DNA from: an uncultured Methanosarcinales archaeon
GTDB taxonomy: Archaea; Nanobdellota; Nanobdellia; Woesearchaeales; ARS49
Length of the DNA: 64,000 bases
Direction of reading: 5' to 3'
Assembly (NCBI GenBank): GCA_964362535.1
Contig: CAYIEN010000003.1
Span: 6,018 to 70,017 of the forward strand
Positions 10,161 to 19,134 of the stretch are shown here, piece by piece (positions within the stretch are counted from its first letter, which is position 1; every line of letters starts with the position of its first letter). Under the pieces are notes generated by a model. That model was not told the DNA's origin. It did no database searches and saw nothing but the letters and a program-made list of their open reading frames with translations. The position numbers and the translations under genes are program-made.

Positions 10161-10379
10161 GTGAAAAAGAACTGGTTCGCCGCAAAACGCTACGGATGGG
10201 GATGGACTCCCTCAACATGGCAGGGCTGGTTGATTCTCGTGATTGCAGTTTTGTTAATGGTTCTTTGCATGAGCATTCCGAATATTCCCGCACGAGTTGT
10301 GTGGGTAACGGTTGTTGCTATCGCACTCATCTGGGTTTGTTATCTTAAGGGAGAGAAACCAGGCTGGAGATGGGGATAG
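10161..10379 (+). CDS. Small Trp-rich membrane protein
   Basis: WFAAKRYGWGWTPSTWQGW followed by two TM segments; TTTAAATA about 20 nt upstream of a GTG start. Confidence 0.75.
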   Translation: MKKNWFAAKRYGWGWTPSTWQGWLILVIAVLLMVLCMSIPNIPARVVWVTVVAIALIWVCYLKGEKPGWRWG

Positions 10380-10439
10380 TTCAGATTTATTTCTAGAACA
10401 AATAAAAAATTAAAAGAAAAAAATAAAAAAAGAACAGAG

Positions 10440-10775
10440 TCAAAACAACCCAGAAGGATGCGGTTTTGGCTGCTTTTTCTTTTCTTTCGCGTACGCGGCA
10501 TCAATCTGCTTTTCCCACACGCCCCCTGTGTACTGGTGCGAAAACCTCGTATTTTCGGGCTTGAAAAAAACTCTTTTTCCGTTGAATGTCGCACGTATCG
10601 CGTTGAACTTACTTCCCGTTATGGAACGCCAATAAACAGCGAGTCCGCCATTCTTGTATCTGCACGCAAACCCTGCTTCCTCGTCGCAGATCAGCACTTC
10701 CGCTTTGCTCGACTGATACGCAAGAAAACACAGTTTTTGCTCAAGCGCGTCCAACCGTTGCTCGACTTCAGGCAT
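10440..10775 (-). CDS. Hypothetical protein directly downstream of EF-2
   Basis: ATG abuts the EF-2 stop; T-rich terminator follows. Confidence 0.6.
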   Translation of the reverse strand: MPEVEQRLDALEQKLCFLAYQSSKAEVLICDEEAGFACRYKNGGLAVYWRSITGSKFNAIRATFNGKRVFFKPENTRFSHQYTGGVWEKQIDAAYAKEKKKQPKPHPSGLF

Positions 10776-12974
10776 TTACGCCCCGAGCTGTCCAGCTGTC
10801 AATCCCTTTCTCTTAACAATCTGGTCGGTGATTTTGCGTTGCAATTCGTTGGGCAACTTCTCGAACATCTGGTCGATGAGCGAAGAGGTTCCTCGTCCAC
10901 CCGTTGCCGAACGCAAGTCAGAAGACCAGCCAAGCATTTCCCCAACAGGCAACTTTGCCTTGATGGCAGTTTGGGAGCCCATTTCGTTGATTTCGAGGAT
11001 TTGACCACGCTTGTTCATGACAAGCTTCGTCAAGTCGCCCGTAAATTCAATCGGAGCCTCAAGCAAGTGAGTCTGGACAGGTTCGAAAATAATCGGACCC
11101 GCACCCATCATGGCACCACGGATACCCTCTCGAACAGCCGGATACATCTGTGCCGGACCACGGTGAATCGCGTCCTCGTGCAAACCAGCATCCGTCAACG
11201 TAACTTTCAAGCCGAAGCACGGTTCTCGAGCGAGAGGACCCGCATCAACAACCTGTTCAAAACCTTCAATCACGAGCTGGATACATTCAGACAACTGAAT
11301 GTTACCACGCGTCGAGTCCATAAAGATGCAACCCTTGTAGATGTCCTTGATGGACAACGCCGTGTCGTTATCATAACCAGCGTCAACCAAGGTGTCTCGC
11401 AATGCGAGATCCTTCTTCTTGATGCGGCCTTCTGAAATGTTACCGTTTCTGATAAGTTCAGAAATGTGCGGTTCAAGAGGCTCGACCTTGAAGTACAACT
11501 TGTTGTGCTTGTTCGGAGACTTACCTTCAACTTCGCCAGACGCTTTGCTACAGGTTTCTCTGTACACAACAATCGGCGGCGACGTGATGATCTGAACGCC
11601 CTTTTCGTTCAAGATACGACCTTCAATGATTTCCAAGTGAAGTTCGCCCATACCGTGCAACAGGTTCTCGCCCGTTTCCTGGTTGATTTCAATCTTGACC
11701 GATGGGTCTTCTTTTGAAACTTTTCGCAAGACTTCAACAAGTTTGCTCAAGTCCTGCGGCTTTGCAGGCTTGATAGCTTTGCTGATGACTGGTTCGAAAA
11801 TGTGCTTCAATTCTTCGAAAGGTTGATCGGGTTCGAGGGTGATTGTTTCGCCCGCATAACCAGTGATACCTGCCAAAGCACAAATGTTTCCGGACGGAAC
11901 GTGGTCGATAAGTTCAGGCTTGATACCCTGATACATGAACACTTGGGCGACTCTCTGATTTTGCTTTGCCATGTTCAAATAGACCGTCATACCTTCACGG
12001 ATAGTTCCCGAATACAAACGGCCAGCGCTGATTTCGCGGCCTGACTTCGGTTCAATCAAAATTCTTGTGATGACGAACGCAACAGCGCCGTCCTTGTCAC
12101 ACGTCTGCAACGACTTACCCATCGGGCTTTCAATATCGCCCTTCCAAATCTTCGGAATACGATATTTCTGCGCATCAACCGGGTTCGGCAAGTGCTTCGT
12201 GACCATGTCAAGAATAACTTCATTCAAGGGAGCGTTCTTCCACACCCACTCCTGACGTTCTTTCTCTTCCATGTCATATAATTTGAGAATGTCTTTGAAC
12301 GAGACATTTTTCTTCTTCATGTACGGCAAGGAAAGCGCCCAGTTGTCTCGTGCTGAACCAAACGCAACGCTGCCATCCTGAATGTTTGCCTGCCATCGTT
12401 CGCCCAAACCTTTTTCGGCAATCTGCATGACAAGTCTGTTGAATTCCAAAATGATTTTTACGAAACGCTCCTGAATCTGTTCCGGAGTATACTGCATTTC
12501 CTTGATGAGTCGGTCAACCTTGTTGATGAACAACACTGGCTTGACTCGTTCTCTCAACGCTTGCTTGAGAACTGTTTCTGTCTGCGGCATGATACCTTCA
12601 GAAGCACAAACAAGAACAACTGTTCCGTCAACCGCTCGCATCGCTCGCGTAACGTTGCCACCAAAGTCGATGTGACCCGGCGTGTCAATCAAGTTGATAA
12701 GATATTCCTGACCATCAAAATCGTGAACCATCGAGACGTTCGCGGCGTCGACCGTCATTAATCTCGTTTGTTCGTCTGCGTGCTGCCACGTCGCCATACC
12801 CTTGTCGAGGTCGCCTGCGGCTGCATTCGACATCATACCCGCTGCGGACAACAAGTTGTCCGTGAACGCGGTTTTACCGTGGTGAATGTGCGCAGAAGTC
12901 GCAATGTTACGAATATTCTTTTGCGCGCTCGACAAACGTCGCATCTTGTCAATCTGTGTTTCTTTTTCAGCCAT
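10776..12974 (-). CDS. fusA: Translation elongation factor aEF-2
   Basis: LIDTPGHIDFGG, FINKVDR, GMGELHLE, diphthamide loop LHEDAIHRGPAQ. Confidence 0.97.
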   Translation of the reverse strand: MAEKETQIDKMRRLSSAQKNIRNIATSAHIHHGKTAFTDNLLSAAGMMSNAAAGDLDKGMATWQHADEQTRLMTVDAANVSMVHDFDGQEYLINLIDTPGHIDFGGNVTRAMRAVDGTVVLVCASEGIMPQTETVLKQALRERVKPVLFINKVDRLIKEMQYTPEQIQERFVKIILEFNRLVMQIAEKGLGERWQANIQDGSVAFGSARDNWALSLPYMKKKNVSFKDILKLYDMEEKERQEWVWKNAPLNEVILDMVTKHLPNPVDAQKYRIPKIWKGDIESPMGKSLQTCDKDGAVAFVITRILIEPKSGREISAGRLYSGTIREGMTVYLNMAKQNQRVAQVFMYQGIKPELIDHVPSGNICALAGITGYAGETITLEPDQPFEELKHIFEPVISKAIKPAKPQDLSKLVEVLRKVSKEDPSVKIEINQETGENLLHGMGELHLEIIEGRILNEKGVQIITSPPIVVYRETCSKASGEVEGKSPNKHNKLYFKVEPLEPHISELIRNGNISEGRIKKKDLALRDTLVDAGYDNDTALSIKDIYKGCIFMDSTRGNIQLSECIQLVIEGFEQVVDAGPLAREPCFGLKVTLTDAGLHEDAIHRGPAQMYPAVREGIRGAMMGAGPIIFEPVQTHLLEAPIEFTGDLTKLVMNKRGQILEINEMGSQTAIKAKLPVGEMLGWSSDLRSATGGRGTSSLIDQMFEKLPNELQRKITDQIVKRKGLTAGQLGA

Positions 12975-12986
12975 CGTCAACCACCT

Positions 12987-13478
12987 TCAAAGGATATGTG
13001 CATCATGCACAGACTTATACGAATGTAACTCTTTCGGACTAAACCACACGTTGATCTCAATCTTCGCGTCATTTGCGTCTGAGCTCGCGTGAATCAAATT
13101 ACGAACAACACTTTTCTTAGCGTCGGCATACGCGTAACTCGAGTGCGTGTAATCACCACGAACCGTGCCGGGCAATGCTGCACGCGGTTCAGTTGCGCCG
13201 ATCATCTTTCTCACAATTTCAATCGAACCAATACCTTCGATTGCCAATGCGAGAACGGGGCCTTCTTTAAGGAAGTCCACGTTCATTTGACGGACAGCTT
13301 CGCCACGGCGCAACGCGAGTTCTTCGCGATAGTGCTTCTTGGCAAGCGCATCGTCCGCCCACGCCATCTTAGCACCCACAATCTTCAAGCCGGCCTTTTC
13401 GAATCGCGAAATGATTTCACCCATAACACCACGCTGAACAGCGTCGGGTTTAAGCAAAATCAATGTGCGTTCAATCAC
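12987..13478 (-). CDS. ndk: Nucleoside diphosphate kinase
   Basis: ERTLILLKPDAVQRG, PGTVRGDY, NLIHAS. Confidence 0.96.
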   Translation of the reverse strand: MIERTLILLKPDAVQRGVMGEIISRFEKAGLKIVGAKMAWADDALAKKHYREELALRRGEAVRQMNVDFLKEGPVLALAIEGIGSIEIVRKMIGATEPRAALPGTVRGDYTHSSYAYADAKKSVVRNLIHASSDANDAKIEINVWFSPKELHSYKSVHDAHIL

Positions 13479-13675
13479 TTCTTCGCCTCAGCCTTCTTCT
13501 TGTGTTCGGTACGGTATGCGTTCGTCCACTTGGTTTCTCTACCAACGTGACCGAGCTTCATCTGATTCTTCTCGCACTTTCTCGTGCAAAAATAAAAGAC
13601 TCGTGCATCCTTCAAAATCAGCATTTTACCGGTGCCGGCTTCGAGGATGTCTCTGCAAAATGAACAACGTGCCAT
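13475..13675 (-). CDS. rpl24e: 50S ribosomal protein eL24
   Basis: CSFC..GTGKM..YFCTRKCEKN..KWT. Confidence 0.95.
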   Translation of the reverse strand: MARCSFCRDILEAGTGKMLILKDARVFYFCTRKCEKNQMKLGHVGRETKWTNAYRTEHKKKAEAKK

Positions 13676-14023
13676 TTACGCGCTCCCTCGTCCGCCTTTA
13701 CCAAGCGGTCGAGCTTCCATTTCGGTTTCTCTGAGCATCAAAATATCGTCCTTTTGTACCGGGCCTTTGACGTTTCGTCTCAAGACTTTGTCCTGGTCTC
13801 TGCCGACCAACACTCGGACTCTGACTTGGATTGCTTCGCCTCGAGAGCCTGTTCGTCCAACAATTTCCTCGACTCGCGCCGGGAAAGACTGCGTAAAACG
13901 AACCGGTTCTGAGCCTCTCTGGGTTGAAGCTGCTGCTGCAGTTGCACCTTTTCCTTGCGGCTTATCGGCCGGTTTTGCCTGCGCCTTATCAGCAACAGGT
14001 TTTGCTTTGTTATCGTCTGCCAT
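13676..14023 (-). CDS. rps28e: 30S ribosomal protein eS28 with an N-terminal extension
   Basis: [39 protein letters not shown]. Confidence 0.95.
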   Translation of the reverse strand: MADDNKAKPVADKAQAKPADKPQGKGATAAAASTQRGSEPVRFTQSFPARVEEIVGRTGSRGEAIQVRVRVLVGRDQDKVLRRNVKGPVQKDDILMLRETEMEARPLGKGGRGSA

Positions 14024-14027
14024 GGTA

Positions 14028-14354
14028 TTACGCTGCCTTCTTCAATTCTGCAATCAACTTCTTCGCGTCGCCTTCTTCAACAATCGCGATAGCTGCCGTC
14101 GGAACGCCCAAACCAGCTGCCTGGCCAAGCTCTTCCTTCGTGTTAACAACAACGCAAGGAATACCTTTTTCCTTTGCAATCAACGGAATGTGCATAACGA
14201 TTTCTGCCGGTTGAACATCCTTCGCAATAACTGCGAGCTTTGCGGTGCCTCGTTCAACAGCCTTCGTCACTTCATTTGCGCCCTTCTTGATCTTGCCGCT
14301 CGTCTTAGCGACTTCAATTGCCTGAAGCGCGATATCTGCCTGTTCATTTGCCAT
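14028..14354 (-). CDS. rpl7ae: 50S ribosomal protein L7Ae (eL8)
   Basis: [39 protein letters not shown] 14354 with a GGAGG SD. Confidence 0.96.
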   Translation of the reverse strand: MANEQADIALQAIEVAKTSGKIKKGANEVTKAVERGTAKLAVIAKDVQPAEIVMHIPLIAKEKGIPCVVVNTKEELGQAAGLGVPTAAIAIVEEGDAKKLIAELKKAA

Positions 14355-14387
14355 ATATTGTCCTCCGAGAAACATAAGTTTCTCTTC

Positions 14388-14425
14388 AATTCATGCCCAT
14401 ACACTAAGTATAGACAGTCATTATC
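14388..14425 (-). promoter_or_regulatory. Candidate kink-turn in the rpl7ae 5' leader
   Basis: mRNA GAU-AAU-GA-C-UGUCUAUAC-UUAGU-GUAUGGGCA-U-GA-AUU; TATA box at 14459-14466. Confidence 0.65.
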
Positions 14426-14499
14426 TCATTAGAGATACTCTAGAATCCTAGTGGGTGATTTATAAAGGTTGTGGTGAGATGTGAAAAAAATGAACAGAA

Positions 14500-15405
14500 C
14501 TATCTCTTCCGTTTCTCAAACGCGCTGCGCATGTTTTTTTGGTGCGCTTCATCTTTGCCACGCGCGCGTTTCTCAAAAATCTTTTTCGTGATGACCATCG
14601 CAACGCCTGATCCGGGCAAGATGTTGCCTGCGATTTCTGTCGAGATGTCAAACATCGTTTCCGCGCTCCAGTACTTCTTCGCCATGTCCGCCATCAAGTG
14701 CGTGCCCTTCTGCCAGTTACCTGTAACTCCATCAACTTCGATGGTTGCTCGCGCTTCTCGGTTTTCTTCCTTGAACTCAAACACGTGAATCGGCGCGAAG
14801 AACAAAGATAATCGGTTGATAACTAATCTTTCGTCAAGAATTTCGTCAGCCTGAATTGGCTTGAGAATATCTTTGTATAATGTGTTGAGTAGGAATGATG
14901 CTCTGATTTGCACGGGAAGCACGTCGACATCTTTCTTTTTCAAATCCGCAATGTCCTTGATGCTTTTTGTTTTTGAATCAAGATACTTTGCGTAATCCTT
15001 ACCTTTTTCTAAGAGTGCGTCTTGGACTATTTCTCTTTTGTAATTTTCAAAACAGTGATCCGTGCCTTCAAACACGCAAATAGGAGATTCTGGATGCACT
15101 TTGATTTGGTGCTTCGCAATCGCGACGCTCTGCACTTCCGGACGAACCTGAAATTGGTATTCATTCTTGCGGTGATACTCGTAAAAACTTTCGCCAATAA
15201 TGTGCCAGAACGGCTCGTATCTTTTACGGTAACCGGTAAGAATAATACTTCCGCGCGAACGGTCGAACGCTTTCAGAATGCCTGTGAAAGAACCTAGTGC
15301 GGTAGTTTTGTGCTTTTCCGCTATCTCTTGCGCCTGCGCGCGGTCATAGACGTCATCAATCACTTCAATCGTTTTTGCGTTCTTGCCGAATTCAATCGTT
15401 ACCAT
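14500..15405 (-). CDS. Hypothetical protein
   Basis: Long ORF overlapping the uppS-like stop; no motif recognised. Confidence 0.75.
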   Translation of the reverse strand: MVTIEFGKNAKTIEVIDDVYDRAQAQEIAEKHKTTALGSFTGILKAFDRSRGSIILTGYRKRYEPFWHIIGESFYEYHRKNEYQFQVRPEVQSVAIAKHQIKVHPESPICVFEGTDHCFENYKREIVQDALLEKGKDYAKYLDSKTKSIKDIADLKKKDVDVLPVQIRASFLLNTLYKDILKPIQADEILDERLVINRLSLFFAPIHVFEFKEENREARATIEVDGVTGNWQKGTHLMADMAKKYWSAETMFDISTEIAGNILPGSGVAMVITKKIFEKRARGKDEAHQKNMRSAFEKRKR

Positions 15406-16097
15406 TGCTGCCACCATGCCATGGCGTCACGGAGATCTCTACCCGTGAATTCCTGCCATGTCTTTTTTGTCGTAAACACCTTCGCATGCGGCAAATCCCA
15501 AAGCAATAAACTGCTCATTCGGGGCGTGCCGAGACGAACGACTAAGTCAGGAGCGGGAATTGAGGAGCTATAAAGGTTTCCTTTTATAGATGACTTTGTG
15601 ATTGCCTCAGGGTCGAGCTTGCCCGCTTGTACTTGCCTTGCTAACAATTTACAGGCGTCAACAATCTCTTCCTGCCCATCGTAACTGAGACATAAGTTTA
15701 CGCGCATTTGCGCTCCGTCTTTTGAGCGTTGCACTAATTCTTTGATGGGGTCGATAACTCTGCCGGGCAAATCATACCATTTACCTAGCACGGAAACGTT
15801 GACGTTTTCCATCACAGTCCACAATAACAATTCGTTAAAGAATTTCACAAATGAATCCATGACTGTGGAAAATAATTGTGTGTTTTCAGTTTCTAACGGT
15901 AACAAGTAGAGGGTGAGTTCTTTGATGCCGATTTCTTTGCACAACTTGATGTATTCCTTGATGTTTACAATTTTTAATGCGGAAGCTTGTTCAAAGGTGA
16001 GGTTGTTTTTTTCAGCGTATTGTTTTGAACCAGAACCCGCGATGGCAATGTGCTTGGGTAACTCTTTTGTTTGTTTTTTAGCAAAGAATTCGAACAT
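15399..16097 (-). CDS. cis-prenyltransferase (UppS) family protein with a degenerate active site
   Basis: LPKHIAI, NLCLSYDGQEEIVDA and PDLVVR..RMSSLLLWD are present; the DGNRR motif is not. Confidence 0.85.
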   Translation of the reverse strand: MFEFFAKKQTKELPKHIAIAGSGSKQYAEKNNLTFEQASALKIVNIKEYIKLCKEIGIKELTLYLLPLETENTQLFSTVMDSFVKFFNELLLWTVMENVNVSVLGKWYDLPGRVIDPIKELVQRSKDGAQMRVNLCLSYDGQEEIVDACKLLARQVQAGKLDPEAITKSSIKGNLYSSSIPAPDLVVRLGTPRMSSLLLWDLPHAKVFTTKKTWQEFTGRDLRDAMAWWQQW

Positions 16098-16137
16098 ACT
16101 GCACAAAGGTCACGGATGTTTATAAGCATTATTGAGC

Positions 16138-16992
16138 TTAAATGAACAAAAACGGATTGCCTAATCCTATCATCATCAGAAATGCGATTAAAAAGGCAGG
16201 AACAAACGGAATGCCGTCTTTCACCGTGATTGAAATGTTGTGATGCGTCTTCGACAAATGTTTTAATTCGTCAATTTTCTTTTGCGAAATTCCTAATTTT
16301 CCAGCAACAAAAATAGATTGTCCACCAACAATAACATCTTTGGTAATCCAGTCCCCCTCAAGCAATTTGTCAGGTGTTGCTTCTCGTGTCATGCAGTTTT
16401 CAACTGCTTTGACAAACAAAAACACGTGCGCGATAAACGGGAAAAAAACGGCGAGAATTAATGTGACTATTTTCAATTGAGCATCGTGCATGAAAAACGA
16501 AAATACGCCAAAGACTCCTAACAAAACAAAACCGCTGATACGAATGACTTTTGCATACGTTGTGTGAATAATTGCTTTGTATGCGGGAATAAAGCGATGT
16601 TTTCTTGTTATTGCGAGCCAGACAGTCCAACCAATGCCGTAAAGTGCTCCTGCAATCAAGAAATACACTGCGAACCAGACCAATTTTGTGTCGAGCGTAA
16701 ACGTGAGACCAAGTAAACTTCCCAACGCCATAATAATTTTGGAATCTCCGCCCCCCCATTGCCCGCCGTAATACGTCAGCAAACCAAAAGCCAAACAAAC
16801 ACCAAAACCAATTCCGCTCGCAATCAACGGCGCCCACGAATGCGTCAGCCAGCTGTCCGCGCCATTCAGCACAAAACCTAAAACAATCGTGGAATGACTC
16901 AGCCAATCAGGCACTTCTGTCGTGCGCAAATCCGTAATCGAACTCCACACTAACAAAATAAAACAAACAACCAAAATCACCGTTTCGAGCAT
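16138..16992 (-). CDS. Prepilin/prearchaellin peptidase (A24 family)
   Basis: SITDLRTTEVPD, WGGGDSK, LEGDWI, GIPFVPAFL. Confidence 0.92.
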   Translation of the reverse strand: MLETVILVVCFILLVWSSITDLRTTEVPDWLSHSTIVLGFVLNGADSWLTHSWAPLIASGIGFGVCLAFGLLTYYGGQWGGGDSKIIMALGSLLGLTFTLDTKLVWFAVYFLIAGALYGIGWTVWLAITRKHRFIPAYKAIIHTTYAKVIRISGFVLLGVFGVFSFFMHDAQLKIVTLILAVFFPFIAHVFLFVKAVENCMTREATPDKLLEGDWITKDVIVGGQSIFVAGKLGISQKKIDELKHLSKTHHNISITVKDGIPFVPAFLIAFLMMIGLGNPFLFI

Positions 16993-16998
16993 GTGCTT

Positions 16999-17361
16999 TT
17001 AGTCCTCTTTCTCTTCGTCAACATCCTCATCTTCCAATGGGTCGGGAACTTCCTGCGGAACTTCTTCTTTGAGCACAATAATATCCAACGTTTGCTCCGA
17101 AGCTTTTCCCGGAATGCGACATTTTGCTTTCACCGTTGATTTTCCCATTCCCAACAAATCGCGATAAACAAGTCGTGGAACGCTGATAAATGTTTGTTCC
17201 TCATTCGCGCCGACAATCGCCTGCTGACTGCACGCGTTGTACGCAAATTCCAACGGACGATTTCCAAACGTCACCATCAAAGGCTGCTTTTCAAAATATT
17301 CCAACTCTCTCATTCCTGTCAACTCAATCTTGTATCCGTTGCTTGTTTCACTCACATTCAT
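16999..17361 (-). CDS. Hypothetical protein with an acidic tail
   Basis: Fits tightly in the operon; GGGG SD upstream. Confidence 0.65.
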   Translation of the reverse strand: MNVSETSNGYKIELTGMRELEYFEKQPLMVTFGNRPLEFAYNACSQQAIVGANEEQTFISVPRLVYRDLLGMGKSTVKAKCRIPGKASEQTLDIIVLKEEVPQEVPDPLEDEDVDEEKED

Positions 17362-17383
17362 AGTATTTCCCCCGTATGTCTTT

Positions 17384-17899
17384 TTATGGAATCCTTTTTA
17401 AGGATTTCAACAAATAATTTTCTTCATCTGATAATTGCAAGACTTCCTGCTTCGGAGCTTCTTTCTTCGGAGCGGGCTCTTCCTTCTTGCCCATCTTTGA
17501 CGCTTCTTCCTTCATTTTTAATTCAATCGCACTCATTTCTTCCTCATTTAATTGTTTTGGCTTCCACAACACATTCACTTCATCGTTTTCATTACGCGGA
17601 ATGATGTGCATCGCCGTGTGCGGTGCCGATTGACCTGCAGGAATACCATTCGGCACAATCATATTTGTTCCCTGGCAGCCCAATCCCTCAAAGAGAACAA
17701 TGCTGAGTCGGTTTGCCACCGTCATCATTTGGCCGACAACAGCGTCAGGAACTTGTTCAAGAATTGCGTGATGCTCTCGTGGAACAACTAATACGTGTCC
17801 TGTGACGGCGGGCTTCGGCGCGATTAATGCAACGACTTCCTTTGTTTCAATAAGAACGCCAATCTTTTTCTCAATCTGCTGACAAATTTCGCACGTCAT
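17384..17899 (-). CDS. HIT-family protein with a degenerate triad
   Basis: CEIC, GHVLVVPREH, NG..AGQSAPHTAMHIIPR. Confidence 0.9.
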   Translation of the reverse strand: MTCEICQQIEKKIGVLIETKEVVALIAPKPAVTGHVLVVPREHHAILEQVPDAVVGQMMTVANRLSIVLFEGLGCQGTNMIVPNGIPAGQSAPHTAMHIIPRNENDEVNVLWKPKQLNEEEMSAIELKMKEEASKMGKKEEPAPKKEAPKQEVLQLSDEENYLLKSLKRIP

Positions 17900-18540
17900 T
17901 TTGTCAAAAACTCCGTGACTTCATCAAGATTCGTCATCTTCTTCGCAGGTTTTTGCTTTTCAGCAGGCTTTTCTGCTTTTGGAGAAGGTGTTGATTGAGA
18001 GGGAGATGCTGGTGGCGAATGAGGTGTTGCTGGAGATGTTGGCGCTTTCTGCGAACCAAACACGCGATGCACAAACGGCAACAAATTGTCCTGCAACTTT
18101 TGCGCGTCACTTTCGCTAATGTCAGTCTCTTCAAGCGTAATTCCTGCATCGTCACCTTCCTTTCGCGGAATGATGTGCAGCAAGAAGTGCGCCGCGCGCT
18201 GACCCGCGACCAATCCGTTCGCAACAAAAATAGTGGTGCCCTCGGCCTTCATCGCTTTCAACGCTGCTTGCGACAAATGCTTGGAAAGAACTCCTAACTT
18301 TTGCACCAACGGTTCGGGCAACTGCGGAAGAATACTAATGTGCTCCTTCGGCATCAACAAAATGTGACCAGGAGTCGCGGGATTAATATCGAGAACGGCA
18401 AGAAAGTTCTCATCCTCAAACACTTTACGCGCCTGAATTTTGCCTTCCACCATTTTACAGAAGACACACTGCTCTTTCTGGAGAGCTCTTAGTTCTTCCG
18501 GAGACATATTCTTGATATCTTCTTCCGTCAATTCAGGCAT
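17896..18540 (-). CDS. HIT-family protein with a degenerate triad and a Pro/Ser-rich tail
   Basis: CVFC, LDINPATPGHILLMPKEH, AGQRAAHFLLHIIPR. Confidence 0.9.
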   Translation of the reverse strand: MPELTEEDIKNMSPEELRALQKEQCVFCKMVEGKIQARKVFEDENFLAVLDINPATPGHILLMPKEHISILPQLPEPLVQKLGVLSKHLSQAALKAMKAEGTTIFVANGLVAGQRAAHFLLHIIPRKEGDDAGITLEETDISESDAQKLQDNLLPFVHRVFGSQKAPTSPATPHSPPASPSQSTPSPKAEKPAEKQKPAKKMTNLDEVTEFLTK

Positions 18541-18651
18541 GGAACGATTCACTGAGAAAGCAGATATAAATGTTCTGGCGCAGTTTATCCCTTACTCAAC
18601 CCACCCTAAGCTTTAAATACTCTCCAAACTCAGTATTTCCAAAGAGGCACT

Positions 18652-19131
18652 ATGAATTCCCGCGGATTGTCACCATTGGTCGCAACTGTCCTGCTCATAG
18701 CTTTCTCTGTCGCTTTGGGCGCAGTCGTCATGAGTTACGGCGAAACCTACGTTGAAACCCAAGCAACATTCGTCAACCGAGGAACAGAAGTCTCCTCAAA
18801 CGTCTGTGATGCCGTTTCTCTTACAGTTATAACGGTCAATAATAACGTCCAAGCCTGCGCAAAAGGAACACTCATTCAAGTCGCGCTTGACAACGGACCC
18901 GTCGCCATCGACGCCATCCAAGCACGTGTTTTGGGTAGTGCGGGAGTCGCGCTCAACCCAAACATTTTGAGCAACTCATTACCCGCAGCATCCGCGCTCA
19001 AAACAACCTTCGGCTACGACCCCGTGGGTGTTCCGTTGCAACTGAAATTCACTCCTGCAGTACAGACCGAAGCAGGACTTTCCTTCTGCTCCGACAAAGC
19101 GGTCACGATCGACAACCCGTCAACGTGCTAA
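18652..19131 (+). CDS. Archaeal type IV pilin-like protein
   Basis: Class III signal peptide MNSRG/LSPLVATVLLIAFSVALG; four Cys in the globular part. Confidence 0.85.
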   Translation: MNSRGLSPLVATVLLIAFSVALGAVVMSYGETYVETQATFVNRGTEVSSNVCDAVSLTVITVNNNVQACAKGTLIQVALDNGPVAIDAIQARVLGSAGVALNPNILSNSLPAASALKTTFGYDPVGVPLQLKFTPAVQTEAGLSFCSDKAVTIDNPSTC

Positions 19132-19134
19132 CCC

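Noticed and set aside
10458..11435. 325-aa plus-strand ORF
   Set aside because: Antisense shadow of EF-2. The same applies to 8120-8869, 13632-14432, 39006-39725 and 42983-43615 over other conserved genes.
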